The notes under the pieces were generated by a model. It had not been told where the DNA came from and did not search any database. It saw only the letters and a list, made by a program, of their open reading frames with translations. Shown here piece after piece: positions 13,355 to 52,300 of a DNA stretch of 64,000 bases (position 1 is its first letter; each line of letters begins with the position of its first letter). The position numbers and the translations under genes were made by a program. The stretch is from contig JAQGDQ010000126.1 of NCBI GenBank assembly GCA_030141605.1, positions 434,001-498,000 of the forward strand, written 5' to 3'. The DNA is from Tubiluchus corallicola (Eukaryota > Animalia > Priapulida).

Positions 13355-14373
13355 AAGTATTCAGAGAAATGCAACCCTAGAGGCGTTTTTTTTTTCGAAA
13401 AGTGGGCAACATAGCTAGTCTTATCAATTTGACTATGCTGAATCCGAAAAACGCTGTTGCCAGTTCGAAAAATTAACTGTAAGAAAACAAAAACAAAATG
13501 GCCACCAACTTTTTGCCCAAACGAGATTCAAAGTTTTTCAATATTGTTTATTTCACATCAGCACAAATACAAAATTAATATATTAAAAGAAACAAAAAGT
13601 TTTCAACAGTTCAATGGTTAACAAACAGTAAGATACCCAATAACAAGCAAATTTTGAAAAAAGTGATTAGCTCTCCACTTAAATGATTTGTGTTGCAAGA
13701 CATGGCAGACGTTAAAGAAGCCAAGCTTCTAAAATGCCATGATTATAAAATTTCTGGTAATAGGCATATATACATTTGAATAAAAAATGAAAGGATGTGA
13801 ATGAGGATGAGAATTTAATGATGATGAATGAAATACTGTTTGCGACCAGACTTCAATTTTTACAGAAAGAGAAAAAGACCAACATAACAGAAGCATTTGT
13901 ATTTTAAAGAAACACTACTAGAGCAGAAATATTGACTGAACTCATGCCTGTGCTGGAACGTTTAGTTGTACTCCTATATCACAAAGCTGACACATTGACG
14001 TCAGTTTGCAAAGCATGTAAAGGCTTGTTCACTAGCAAGTTCGGCCATTTTCTTTTTTGCTTATTTCTTATTGTTAGTTATTAGTCTAGCAGTACTTAGG
14101 TTCAACAAGGTCGAAATAATAAAAATGATTTGTTTTTTGTTTTTATAGTAAATCTTTAGGTGAAACAGGTAATATAATTGAAGTGGATTGCAAAGGCACT
14201 GGAATACATGTCATCATCACTTCATAATATTAATTTTCTAGGTACTTGTTTTGATTTACATTGTGTGCGCAAAAACTTTGCAGCCATTTTCTGCATTTTT
14301 CATTTCCAGCCTGCAACAGCTTTTTTCGCATTCAGCATGGTCTCATTGATAAGACTGCATATCTTTGACCAAT
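13355..14373. mobile_element. Deleted DNA-transposon-like element with long imperfect inverted arms and a short protein remnant
   Basis: Arms at about 13401-13520 and 14263-14373 are inverted copies (agtcttatcaatttgactatgctgaatccgaaaaacgctgttgc versus RC agtcttatcaatgagaccatgctgaatgcgaaaaaagctgttgc). 13926-14039 reads EILTELMPVLERLVVLLYHKADTLTSVCKACKGLFTSK. A related copy lies at 47921-48022. Confidence 0.6.
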
Positions 14374-15013
14374 GATTGTTTTTGGCACTTGGACACTATT
14401 CATAAACAGTATAGATAAGTAAAGCTGTATAGAGAGGTATTTTAGATGTAAACCATTGGACACATAGGTAGTTTTTGTAAAAAACGAACTATTTTCCACA
14501 CTGAGTGTTTTGTACAGTAATTTAGATAGTTTTAATGCAATTAGAACGCGTAATTTTTGTTTGTTACCTTTCCACTTTTTTCCAGTAGCTTCAGAACGTC
14601 AGTACTTTTGCAGCGAATGACGACAGACGATTAATGGTCATTGACGGCACTGCTCTGCACACTAGATATGACAATTATGTGGCGAGTGATTTTAATATGA
14701 TTATTAACATATTAATAACATTATTGAGATTCACTTATTTTAGCGCACAAACTAGAGCATATAAATGAATAAATAATGAACAAACAAAAATTAAGCACCA
14801 TTCATTAATTTGCTGGATTATGCGGAAAACGGTCTTAGTGGTGAGTGCTTGTGTACGAAATAAAGGGTATAATTTTATATTAACAGATAAGATTGGATTT
14901 ACCACACTATGACATCTCCATGTTCTGCCACCGCAAGACAAGACACTAACGTGCAACCTAAACACCATTCCAATCCACTTTCGTCCAACACAATCCACAA
15001 TCCATCCGCTAGA

Positions 15014-15114
15014 TCACGTGATGTCCGCCTCTTCACCAATGCTGCGTAGCTTACGTGTCAACAAGAAACCTACGAACGTCATAGCTGTGAATAAAAACTA
15101 TAAAAGCGACGTCA
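15014..15114 (+). promoter_or_regulatory. Putative core promoter of the ImpL2/ZIG-like gene
   Basis: TCACGTGA 15014-15021, CCAAT 15036-15040, TACGTG 15052-15057, TATAAAA 15099-15105, GACGTCA 15108-15114; locally CpG-rich; followed by a strong donor cag|gtaag at 15353/15354. Confidence 0.6.
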
Positions 15115-15127
15115 CGGAATGCGTGCT

Positions 15128-15353
15128 TCCGACGTGCGCATCGTAGCAAGAAGCCAGATTATTTATTGAAATGCGGTCACTGCTTTGATGACATTTGCCC
15201 CAAGTTAATCGGCAGAAGTTACTGTGTAAATAAAACAGTCCTGTAGGCGAAACAAAACGTGGCAAAAATCGTGGTTGATTATAAGATTTTTTCGACTGTC
15301 ACTAATTACGCAAAAAGTTTCTCTAGTGTTTTTTATACACTAATTATAAACAG
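15128..15353 (+). other. Putative non-coding first exon of the ImpL2/ZIG-like gene (start approximate)
   Basis: About 30 nt downstream of the TATA box; ends at cag|gtaagc. Confidence 0.5.
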
Positions 15354-15395
15354 GTAAGCTCCACAGTTTAAATACAGAAAAAAGATGGATAGACA

Positions 15396-15670
15396 ATGTT
15401 GATGATAACCATGACGATGTCAATGATGATAATACATGAAACGTCATTTATGATGTTGATGATGATGATGATGATTGTGATGATAATGATGATGATGATG
15501 ATGATGATGATGATAATGACGATGATGATGATGACGATGATGGTGCTGGTGATGTTGATTGTGGTTTGGATTGTGAATGATACTGACGATTATGTCTGTG
15601 ACGATTATAGTGAAACAACGACGATAACGTTTATAATGATGATGATCATAATCATTGTGGTGGTGATGAC
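15396..15670 (+). repeat. Degenerate (GAT)n microsatellite
   Basis: Runs of gat with gac/aat/ggt variants; causes the poly-Met and poly-His ORFs. Confidence 0.9.
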
Positions 15671-15857
15671 CATAATCTATGAATTGCGAACGACGGTAAC
15701 AGCGATTGCTCATATCTGTAATGGGTGTCGTCGACGACTATATGGTGATAGTTTAGGCATGTTGTTTTACTGATTGCATGGCATATACCTACTATTACAG
15801 GAGGTCCATTGTGCGCCCACTTTTCTATACATTCACTTACGATATTTCTTATCTCAG

Positions 15858-15975
15858 GTTGTTGTTGTTATCATTATTATTATCGTTATTATGTTAATCA
15901 TCATCATCATCATCGTCGTCGTCATCATCGTCGTCGTCATCATCATCATTATTATTATCATTATCGTTATTATTA
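15858..15975 (+). repeat. (GTT/ATT/ATC/GTC)n compound microsatellite
   Basis: Directly visible; complementary to the (GAT)n tract at 15396-15670. Confidence 0.9.
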
Positions 15976-15994
15976 CAGACTTTTAATTGGAGTG

Positions 15995-43283
<27,289 letters not shown>

Positions 43284-44050
43284 CATCGGGAAAAGTAAAC
43301 AACTATCAAATCATGTCTTTGAGGATCGCGTAAAACTGTCAATGGAAGCGAACCGAATACTTTGGAAACGAACCAACGTGAGACAAGAAATTGAAAGCAG
43401 AACTACCTAGGCTTTCATTATCGTTGACATAAAGAAGAACCCTTCCTCACGCTCCAGCTTCACCCTCTTTTTTCAGATCCCCGAAGCCATTGTCAAACAT
43501 TGTCTCTTCCATTTTTCTTTTAGCTGTTCAGGCCAATTAAGTGTAGGCTGTGTAGCTGGAAAATACTGAAGCAAATAATTATAATTCGTTTGCTTTTGTT
43601 TAGGCAGGGCCGAAATTTTCTACCATTTTTGATTTTCTGGGCATTAAGGAATACAATGCAATTTTGGTATTACAAAATGTGAAATGGAATGTACCTGAAA
43701 ATGTATTAATGTGAACGAAATGAATGAGGTAAAGGAACCATAATTAAGTCCTAGTAAACTGACTGAGCTAACATATGATTGAAACTTGAAAGGTACAATT
43801 GTAAACTCAAGAAATACTGAAACAAAGGAGGTTTAGGAAATATATTGGAGTGTAAACGCCTAAGATAACATACACAGGTCTCGTGCCTCTTTCAAAGTAG
43901 TCTGAAATCTGAAGCAATTTACTGAAAACAAATTTTGTTTCTAGCATTTTTAATGACAAAGATTGTCAAATATTGTAACAGATTTGATTTACAAGTGCGT
44001 CTTTGATTTTAAGCTGGTACTTTGTACCATACAGTGCAGTGTATAATAGT

Positions 44051-44085
44051 TATTATTATTATTATTATTATTTATATTAATATTA

Positions 44086-44124
<39 letters not shown>
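44051..44124. repeat. (ATT)n microsatellite in the presumed 3' UTR
   Basis: Directly visible. Confidence 0.9.
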
Positions 44125-44125
<1 letters not shown>

Positions 44126-46207
44126 ACCAACGCTAAGCCTGGTTTGCAAGGGAATGAGCGACAGCCAGCAAGACTGTTTGATTGGTTTTATTTACTTGCT
44201 ATGCTGCCTTGGCTGTTAATCTCCGCGAGTGAGATACATATACACAGCCGAACATAGCTAAGTTACCTCTGGTGGTTCATTTATTCACAATATCCTTGGT
44301 TCCATTCCCGCTAATACCGCTCAGTATAGCAGTAAATCCTGAGTCCTAGATTCTTGGATCTGGATCCTAGCTTGCAGAGTAATGAACTGTGTAAAATATC
44401 AATTATCCTTCATTTGTATTTATCGTGCTGTGACAAAGCCGTTTCGCAATAAAATATCAAATTGTATACACTAAATTGTGTACATTCGTGACACTAATTA
44501 TTTGTTCAGTGTATGTCCATTTGCGCGATTCATGCGGTATATAATATTTTTCAATATTCTGCAATCACATTACTACCAACACATTGGTCCAAAGGTGTAT
44601 CGGCTATTTGCAATGTCAAGAGATAATGTGTTAACGTAATGTTAACAGTATCACACACTAAATTGTTAAAGCACAACAATATGAACCTTATTTATTACTA
44701 TGGTTTTACGGTTTTAATTTAATTATCGTGTTGTTTTTGCAAAAATGAACAAAGTATTAACAAACAGAGTATTGGCGGTTTGTTACCCTAATATATCAGT
44801 GTTGTTGTTGCTGCTGCTGCTGTTGTTGTTTGTTTGTCTGTTTGTCCGAGTAGTTGGCTGTTTTGCTTTACCATTTGCTTGTTGTCATTGTTGTCACTAG
44901 TTATGATTACGATGAAACAAATAATGATGATTATGTTTCCAATGCTAGTAATGATGACAACGAAATAAACGAGACGGTAGTGACGATGATACTGCAACGT
45001 AAGGCGGATGGTGTTGATACACATATCACGGCGTACTTGAGAAGAAAATGTAAAAAAGCAGTAGTAAAAGAGAAATTATACAGTAGCTCGCTAGATATGT
45101 AATCCATTGTACTTCATGCTGGTTGTCATTACGGAACAGGTGCTGAGGTGAAGAGCACCTACCCATCAGCCCAATGAGGCCATCCCATAACGACGGTTTT
45201 ATACCTGGTATTCAACGCCACTATACAATGGCTTCGTATGGATGAGACCACCATAATGTAGAGGGGTGGGTCGACCATAAATGGCATTTCACCTCCGTAA
45301 CAATGCAAAGGATGGTAATAGTAATAATGACGCATTTATTGCTTTAAGTAGGCCTCATTAATGTACACCAATAGGATTTCATTGCTTTGCTGTTGTTGTT
45401 GCTTGTTATTATTTGGATCATGACATTGTTGCCAAAGATAATAATAGTGATAGCGATAGTAATGATGATGACGGCGAAAGCGACGATGACACTGGCAATG
45501 ACATGATGATGATGATGGCGTTGATCAGTTCTGGTGATCATGATAATAGCTCGCCTGATGAGATTTGCAAATTTGCAGTGGTAACAGAATCAACAGTTTT
45601 TGCCTTCTCAAAATTTTAAATCAATAACGGTTGCAGTCAACTAGCTTTAAGCAATGTTTCACTTCAGTGACTATTCGAGAAACTTTAAGAAGCAGACATA
45701 TGTATCTTAAATCATAGATCTTAAATTTAAATAGATCATAAATCTTAAATTTAAATCGAAGTTGCAGCATTCTAATTACGGTTAATTAGAGTATTTCTAG
45801 TACGGTAAGTCAATTTTGGGCTAGTTTTCAAAGCTACTGTCTGGGCATTAGACACCCGGCGCCCATGACTGAGGGCTCAGATCCGCTTGGACAAAACTGA
45901 CGTTCGGGGGACGAGAACCCAGCAGCAGCGCAGTGTAATATTCGGGCGCAAACATACTAGTACTGGCGTTCTTGTAACTGCTTCGTTTTAAAGCAAGAAA
46001 AACAAAACGCATCCTTCCTGCGCAAGTTTCAACAATGATGATGTCCTCGCTATTTGAACTTTGTCGTAATTGCTTTTTATGCTGACTTGCCAAGCCTTAA
46101 TTCCAGCTTTCGCATATTGCCGCATCGTATTTACTATTAGGCTAATTTCCTGATAACCTGATATTTAATCATTAAGCTTTTCATAGAGGTCCACAGCGGC
46201 ACGAGAG

Positions 46208-46935
46208 CGTTTTCTTCATTTCCTGTAATTAGTCAGCTGCTATAATGGCGGAAACATTCGTCGTGTAACAATGAGGACTACCCTATTGGGACAAATCAGT
46301 TACTACTTTCTTTGATTAATGGGCGCGTGTGTGCGTGTACGTGTAAATATTGTAATCCACTTGTTACAACTGATAATGTAATAAATAACCGATAATACAA
46401 TATAAAAAATTAGAGCATACTGTAATAAATAACTGATAATGCAATAAAAATTGATAAGATACAGATAAAGATAAAGATACAGATTGATAATGATAAAGTA
46501 ACCGATAATGACAATTTAATTTAAAAAAGTGGGGCGTAATGTAAGGCCTCCAAAACGCATAATGCAATAAAAATAACAAGAAGTTTAACGCATATGGTAA
46601 CACCACAGAAACGCAAAAATATAATAAAATTCTAACCAATAATGATATTGTAATAACAGAATAAATGTTACTGTTATATTTCTGATATATATATATATAT
46701 ATATATATAACAAAAATATACCCTTAACATATCCCAGTTATATATATATATATATCGTTTTCTTCGTTTACTGTCATTAGGCAGCTGCTATAATGGTGGA
46801 AACATTCGTAGTGCAATAACAAACGCTACGATGTCGCGACTGGTCAGTTAACTGCTTTCTTTGATTAATACACGTACTTACGTGCGTATACGTGTAAATA
46901 TTGTAGTCCATTTGTTACAACTGATAATGTAATAA
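46208..46935. repeat. About 180-bp diverged direct duplication (46208-46384 and 46756-46935) with (TA)n tracts
   Basis: Shared blocks cgttttcttc, cagctgctataatgg.ggaaacattcgt, ctttctttgattaat, tacgtgtaaatattgta, ttgttacaactgataatgtaataa. Confidence 0.8.
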
Positions 46936-47098
46936 GCGCTGTAAAAAGTAACAAAAAAAATTAAAGCGTAATGTTATAAATAATCAACGAATAATGTAAG
47001 ACCTCTGAAACGGATAACTTAATAATCTGAAGTTTAAAGCAAATTGTAACAATTTGTAACAATTGCAAATATATATAACATATTATATATATAACAAA

Positions 47099-47113
47099 AT
47101 TGTACCACGTAAC

Positions 47114-47161
<48 letters not shown>

Positions 47162-47176
47162 GTTACGTGGTACAAT
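47099..47176. repeat. Perfect 78-bp palindrome: 16-bp arms around (TA)23
   Basis: attgtaccacgtaacg (TA)23 cgttacgtggtacaat. Confidence 0.95.
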
Positions 47177-47920
47177 ATACATATATATAGTAAAATAATT
47201 TTAATTTTTTTGGAATAAGAAGGTGGTGCGCATTAGCCCTCGACTCATTGTCATCACAACCCTTTTCAATGCATTTACCATAAGCCCAATGAGTCCATGA
47301 CGAATGTAGGTAAAATATCACGGGTACAAATGGCACAAGAAAAAACTATAGGAAAAAACATAAGACAAACAAAAACAAGCAAACATCCAACAGTATATAC
47401 ACGAATATTCTACTTAGTATTTGTCTACAATTCTTTCACCCTCTTGATAGTGATAATATAGGTGGACAGATATACCGTATTTACTGATATACTGAAGTTA
47501 GCTTATAAGATTATATGTAAGCAAAGGTTACAGTCAGCGTTTTTCCAAGCAAGCATTTTTTGAAATGAAACCTAGAATTAACTCGTACTTATTCGTATTT
47601 ATTATCTTACTCTGTCTTGTAGCCAGGTTCCTCCTCATTCCAAAGAACAGTAAAACTAAGACTGAGAATATATAATATAATTATCCCTAAGAGTATCCCT
47701 AACCCTAAATCATATTTTATTAAGTGCGCCATTTTCTCCCTTTTTCCATTTGTTTCCTTTTCCTGTACCGTTTTCCCCGTGCACCAACGCTGTCAAACAC
47801 CGTCAATTACAGCTCATTTACTCAACCAACCTCTGCTCCTTATGTTATAAGGATGTGTTTGTTTTTCTCAATTCATTACCATTGATCCAGCATTTATAGG
47901 CCTTCTTTTATAAACAAGAC

Positions 47921-48022
47921 GAATTTTCTGAAAAACAGAACCCCAGGGGAGTTTTTTTTTCTAAAAGCGGGCAACAAAGCCAGTCTTTTCAATTCTGATG
48001 AATCCGAGAAAGCTGTTGCCAG
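47921..48022 (+). repeat. Second copy of the repeat end seen at 13355-13463
   Basis: ttttttttctaaaagcgggcaacaaagccagtcttttcaatt...tgaatccgagaaagctgttgccag versus ttttttttcgaaaagtgggcaacatagctagtcttatcaatt...tgaatccgaaaaacgctgttgccag. Confidence 0.7.
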
Positions 48023-48649
48023 CTTAAGAAAGTAGCGGAAAAGGGTCGAGAACGCAAAAAAGCGCGAAATATCCGCCGAGTATTTTTGCAAACAAGAGGC
48101 CTATAAGTCAAAAGAAATTCCGAGAATATTAAGATTAAGAGATAATTATGACCTCAAAGCGGCTGCCAAGATGTCTGCTGCCGCTCGTGTAATACGTTAG
48201 CTATGTTGCATGTTCGAAGGCAGAATATCATTTTAGTGTATAGAGACCAAGGTTTAAAGCTCGAGTATTTGGGGTAGTATCCAAAACAACCGCCATTTCA
48301 AGATGGCCGACAAAATAGCTATCGCTAGCATATAAAAGCTCTGTCTTAGTTCATATGAAATTGTGAATGCTGTCAGTCCTGAAGAAGCATCAGCTCTCGG
48401 TCAGCATTCTAACAAGTAAGATCAGAAGTAAGTAAATATCTAGTTAATACATATTAAAATATAGCTGTCAGCTGCTTAAATTGAACAGTCAAATTAGACA
48501 TACTGATAGGCTAAAAGCTGATTTCATGTAAATAATATCATAAAACATTACTTAATTAGTGTTTAAAAATAATATATAAGTGATCAATCAGATTAGATAG
48601 AAATAAATGGTTTAAACGCTGGCTTCACATAAACAATAAAACCGCCTCA

Positions 48650-49300
48650 GTGTTTACATAAATGAGTTTTACCATCCCATTTACTCAGTTCTCTCAAAAA
48701 GTCTTTGAAATTATTTGCTTCTTTGAAAGAATTCGGTGAACTTTCCACAGTTGTGGACCCCTGTATCGCAAGCTTTCTTTTTTCCAAAAGCTACTTTCCT
48801 AAAACGTGGATTTATAAGATTATTTCTGGATCTTAGAGGACGGCGTTACAAGGATCTAAGGAAAACAAATGTAAGCTGGCAATGCGTCCACTTGCGCAAA
48901 ATTGAAGAATTAAGTGTTGTATTAATTGGTAGAGGGCGCCACACTACCAGATGTGTGGTGTCTACCATCTACTTTCTTTTGAATCTCTCGCCCAGCGCTC
49001 ATTTTTCATGCTCTAGCTTCAAAAATTCTTTGCGAGTGATTGTCACTGCTGACAAATTATCAAAAAACATCTGGCCAGTGTTCCACTTGCATTTCTAACA
49101 AGACGCAGCGCATCCAACAGAGGTCTATGTTTTTCCGGGTGTTCATTAACCTTTTTGCACATTCTCATTTGACGCGACTTTTTTTAAAAGTGGGGTATCC
49201 TATTTCTAACAATGCTAAATCATCACACGTAGTAGCTCTCACAGACATCAGAGACTTTAGCAATTCAAAATATACACTTCGAACTGAAATTAATCGAGAA
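48650..49300 (-). mobile_element. Highly decayed L2/CR1-group LINE 3' fragment
   Basis: Minus-strand PLRSRNNLINPRFRKVAFGK/SLRYRGPQLW...FKDFLRELSKWDG resembles a LINE ORF2 C-terminus; many frameshifts. Confidence 0.45.
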
Positions 49301-52300
49301 TCAGAATTCCTAGTTTCTGAACTTTGAAAAAATACATTTTTCACATCCAAATGTTAAATAACGACCCATTGAAAATGATCCTGGCCTAATATATTATGGA
49401 CGACAACTGACAACCGTGTAAGCGACATGTTTAATGAATTAAAGCTAATGAAGGTAAAATAGAAAAGACACAGCTTAATTACCATCTGAAACCAATAAAC
49501 GTTTAAATAACGTAAAATCAAGGGTAGAATTAATTGTCATCTAATCAACTACGTGCATACGTAAACGTTGCACTGTTTGCAATGAGCTACATTCCGGGTC
49601 TTCCCACAAACATCAACGGGAACTAGAAGTTAATTTGGCTAATCTACTACCAAATTACTTACAGCGTAGCAAGCATCCTCGTCGTGTATAATTATTAGCA
49701 CCGTGGCACCATCTATTTGCAGAACTGAACAACTAATCACAAGCAGCAGTAGCAGAACACTGAATAAGTAGCAGCATACGTCATTGGACTTAACAAGAAT
49801 TTAATGCTCTCACGCGACCCAGTGGACAAACTGAAGGTGTAATTACGCAAAATTAACGAGAACGTGAGAAGACTCAGCAATGAAATTTGCAATTTCCATT
49901 TTGTTGAATGCTCTAGTAGTGGCCCTCGTATCACATCGTATCGTCTATCATTATACTGCCTTCTGTAGTTTCCTAGCAATGAGATAGTTCTTCTAAATTT
50001 TTAAATGTTTGACTTCAGCCTACTGAAACAGTAAAGTTTGTGGAGTTACCACTGATTCTTCACAATCACATCACTAATTTCATGAAAGCATTGCAGCCGC
50101 TGGCGAATGTCAGGGCGAGCAAATATTTGTTTAGCTAGTTTAAGATGGCTTCATCATCGGTAGATGAATGCACACGATGAGATTAGGAAGAAGAAAACTT
50201 CACCAAAGTTGCCATGACTATAAATGTGTAAACTAGTGCTTATAGGAAAGAACAACTCTTGATCAGTTTTAGGCTTGCATACACACTAAAAGCATATTGC
50301 CTCACTAATCACTATAGGCCTAAGCTTCACGAGACAAGCAATGGAAACCCGTTGCTATCTGCGGTATTATTTTTTAAATTTTATTTTAATTATTTTAACA
50401 ATTCGGTTTATACAGAGGATATATAATTATGAGAGACAAAAATAAGACTAAGTTCAAATTAAAAAAATCAAAACTAAAAAACTAAAATATAATCTAAAAC
50501 TAATTAGAAAGAACAAAAGAGGCACACGAACGCTTCCTGGAGCACATCAAATGTTATAAGTACATAAAAAATTCTATCGATGACAAAGTTTGCTCCGACA
50601 CCATGTTCCGTAGTTTCTGCATAAGTTTATGATGATAAAGCCGTAGTCGTATCTTCCTTTAAAACAGAACTAGCTTCAACCACGAATCAATTTTTGAAGG
50701 AGAAAATTAATGATAACGGAACACTCGTACATTCACCATTTTTTATAAAAATATCGCATGTCTATAATTCTGATCTATAATTGTCATCGATAATGAAATT
50801 ACAATACAAATATAATGAAAAATATTCTGCTCTTTTTTCTACATTCAAATGTTATGAAAAGAACAACTTTGGCTTCAACGAACAAGAGAAGAATTTCACG
50901 TGAAATCTCACATGAGCTGCAAGGATATCAGTTCTGACGGCATTATCACTTACAGCAAAGGTTGAAAAACACGCTTATATGAAGTTATTTGAGAAACAGT
51001 TCGATATTGAAATGCAGCATTTATATGATGGAAGCTAAAGATTCATGCATTCATGCGTTTTGAAAAATGTGAATATTTTGTATACTTTACTAGAAAAATA
51101 ATGGCAGAATTGAAAAAAAAGAGCTATATATAAGGTGGGTGTGAAAATGGACAGCAGCAGCGTTCCACAAGAATCCCAGTGTGTGAATGTGCAGTTCGCA
51201 CAGAGCCGTATGTGCACTGCAAACATGTAGCTATTGTTGTGTAATTACCAAGTCAGTGAAGGAATATTAACTGGCTGTTGTTTATGACCAAGACCTAAAC
51301 TTAAGATTCTATAATAGGAAAATAACTGAAAGTGCGGATTGTGGAAAATCTGTGCCAACTTGCTCTCTGTCTCAAGGTCATAATTTCGTTATTGCTGCGT
51401 TCACCATGCGTGATTACATAGGAAATGGATTTCATTTCGATGGTATTGGAACTTGTCACTTTCGGACCCGCAACACAATGCAGCGAATTGCTTGATTGCC
51501 TAAGAATTGCAATTCGTTTCAATGAAATCGCAACTTGCAGGGCAGGGACCTGGGGTACGGGCTCAGACAACAGAATACTGAACGATGACCTGGGTCGTTA
51601 TGGTAAGTGATCCCTGTGAGTTTCGTGACCTAGCCCTGCGCGTCAAACATCACAAACAAAGAAATAAACAAAACATCGCAAATAAATAAACAAACAAACA
51701 AATAAATAAAGTGTAAAAACCGTGAGTAAATCAAGCAGAATCTTAATAAATAAATAAAAGCCAGAGTAAATCAAGAACATTCTTCTTAGCAGAATCTTAA
51801 TAAACGTCTCATTTCCAATAAGATTCTGCATATAGTGCAGAATCTTAAATAAAGAAACGTGCACTCAATATCCCGTCAAGCAAATAAATATTGCAAGGCT
51901 GAGGTTTTCATTAACGAGTCTGCTTCGTCAAGATTCTCTGCCAGGTGATCAAGGTTGTCTTTTACTAATTTACGAAGTCTTACACAAATTACATAACAAC
52001 ATGTATCTTACTCAGTTGAGTTAGAAAAACAAACAAACAAACATCACGCTACGACGTGCTTTTTCAATTACAGCCACAGTAATCACAATATTCACAGCTG
52101 GTAAAATGTTCCGCGAAAAATAACACACCTTAATACGTCAAACTGTAGCTGAAAAAACTAAAGCATCAACTTCAAATATGTCATCACCAAAATTAAAAAA
52201 TAAATCTTAAATCCTACGCATTTTTTTACAAATAAAATAGAAAAGCTGTGTCATAAATAGTTGTTGATAAGTTGTTGGTGGGGTTTCTGTACCACGGTCG

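Noticed and set aside
44788-45619. Acidic or low-complexity ORFs downstream of the ImpL2-like gene
   Set aside because: Degenerate GAT/GTT repeats with no splice or homology support.
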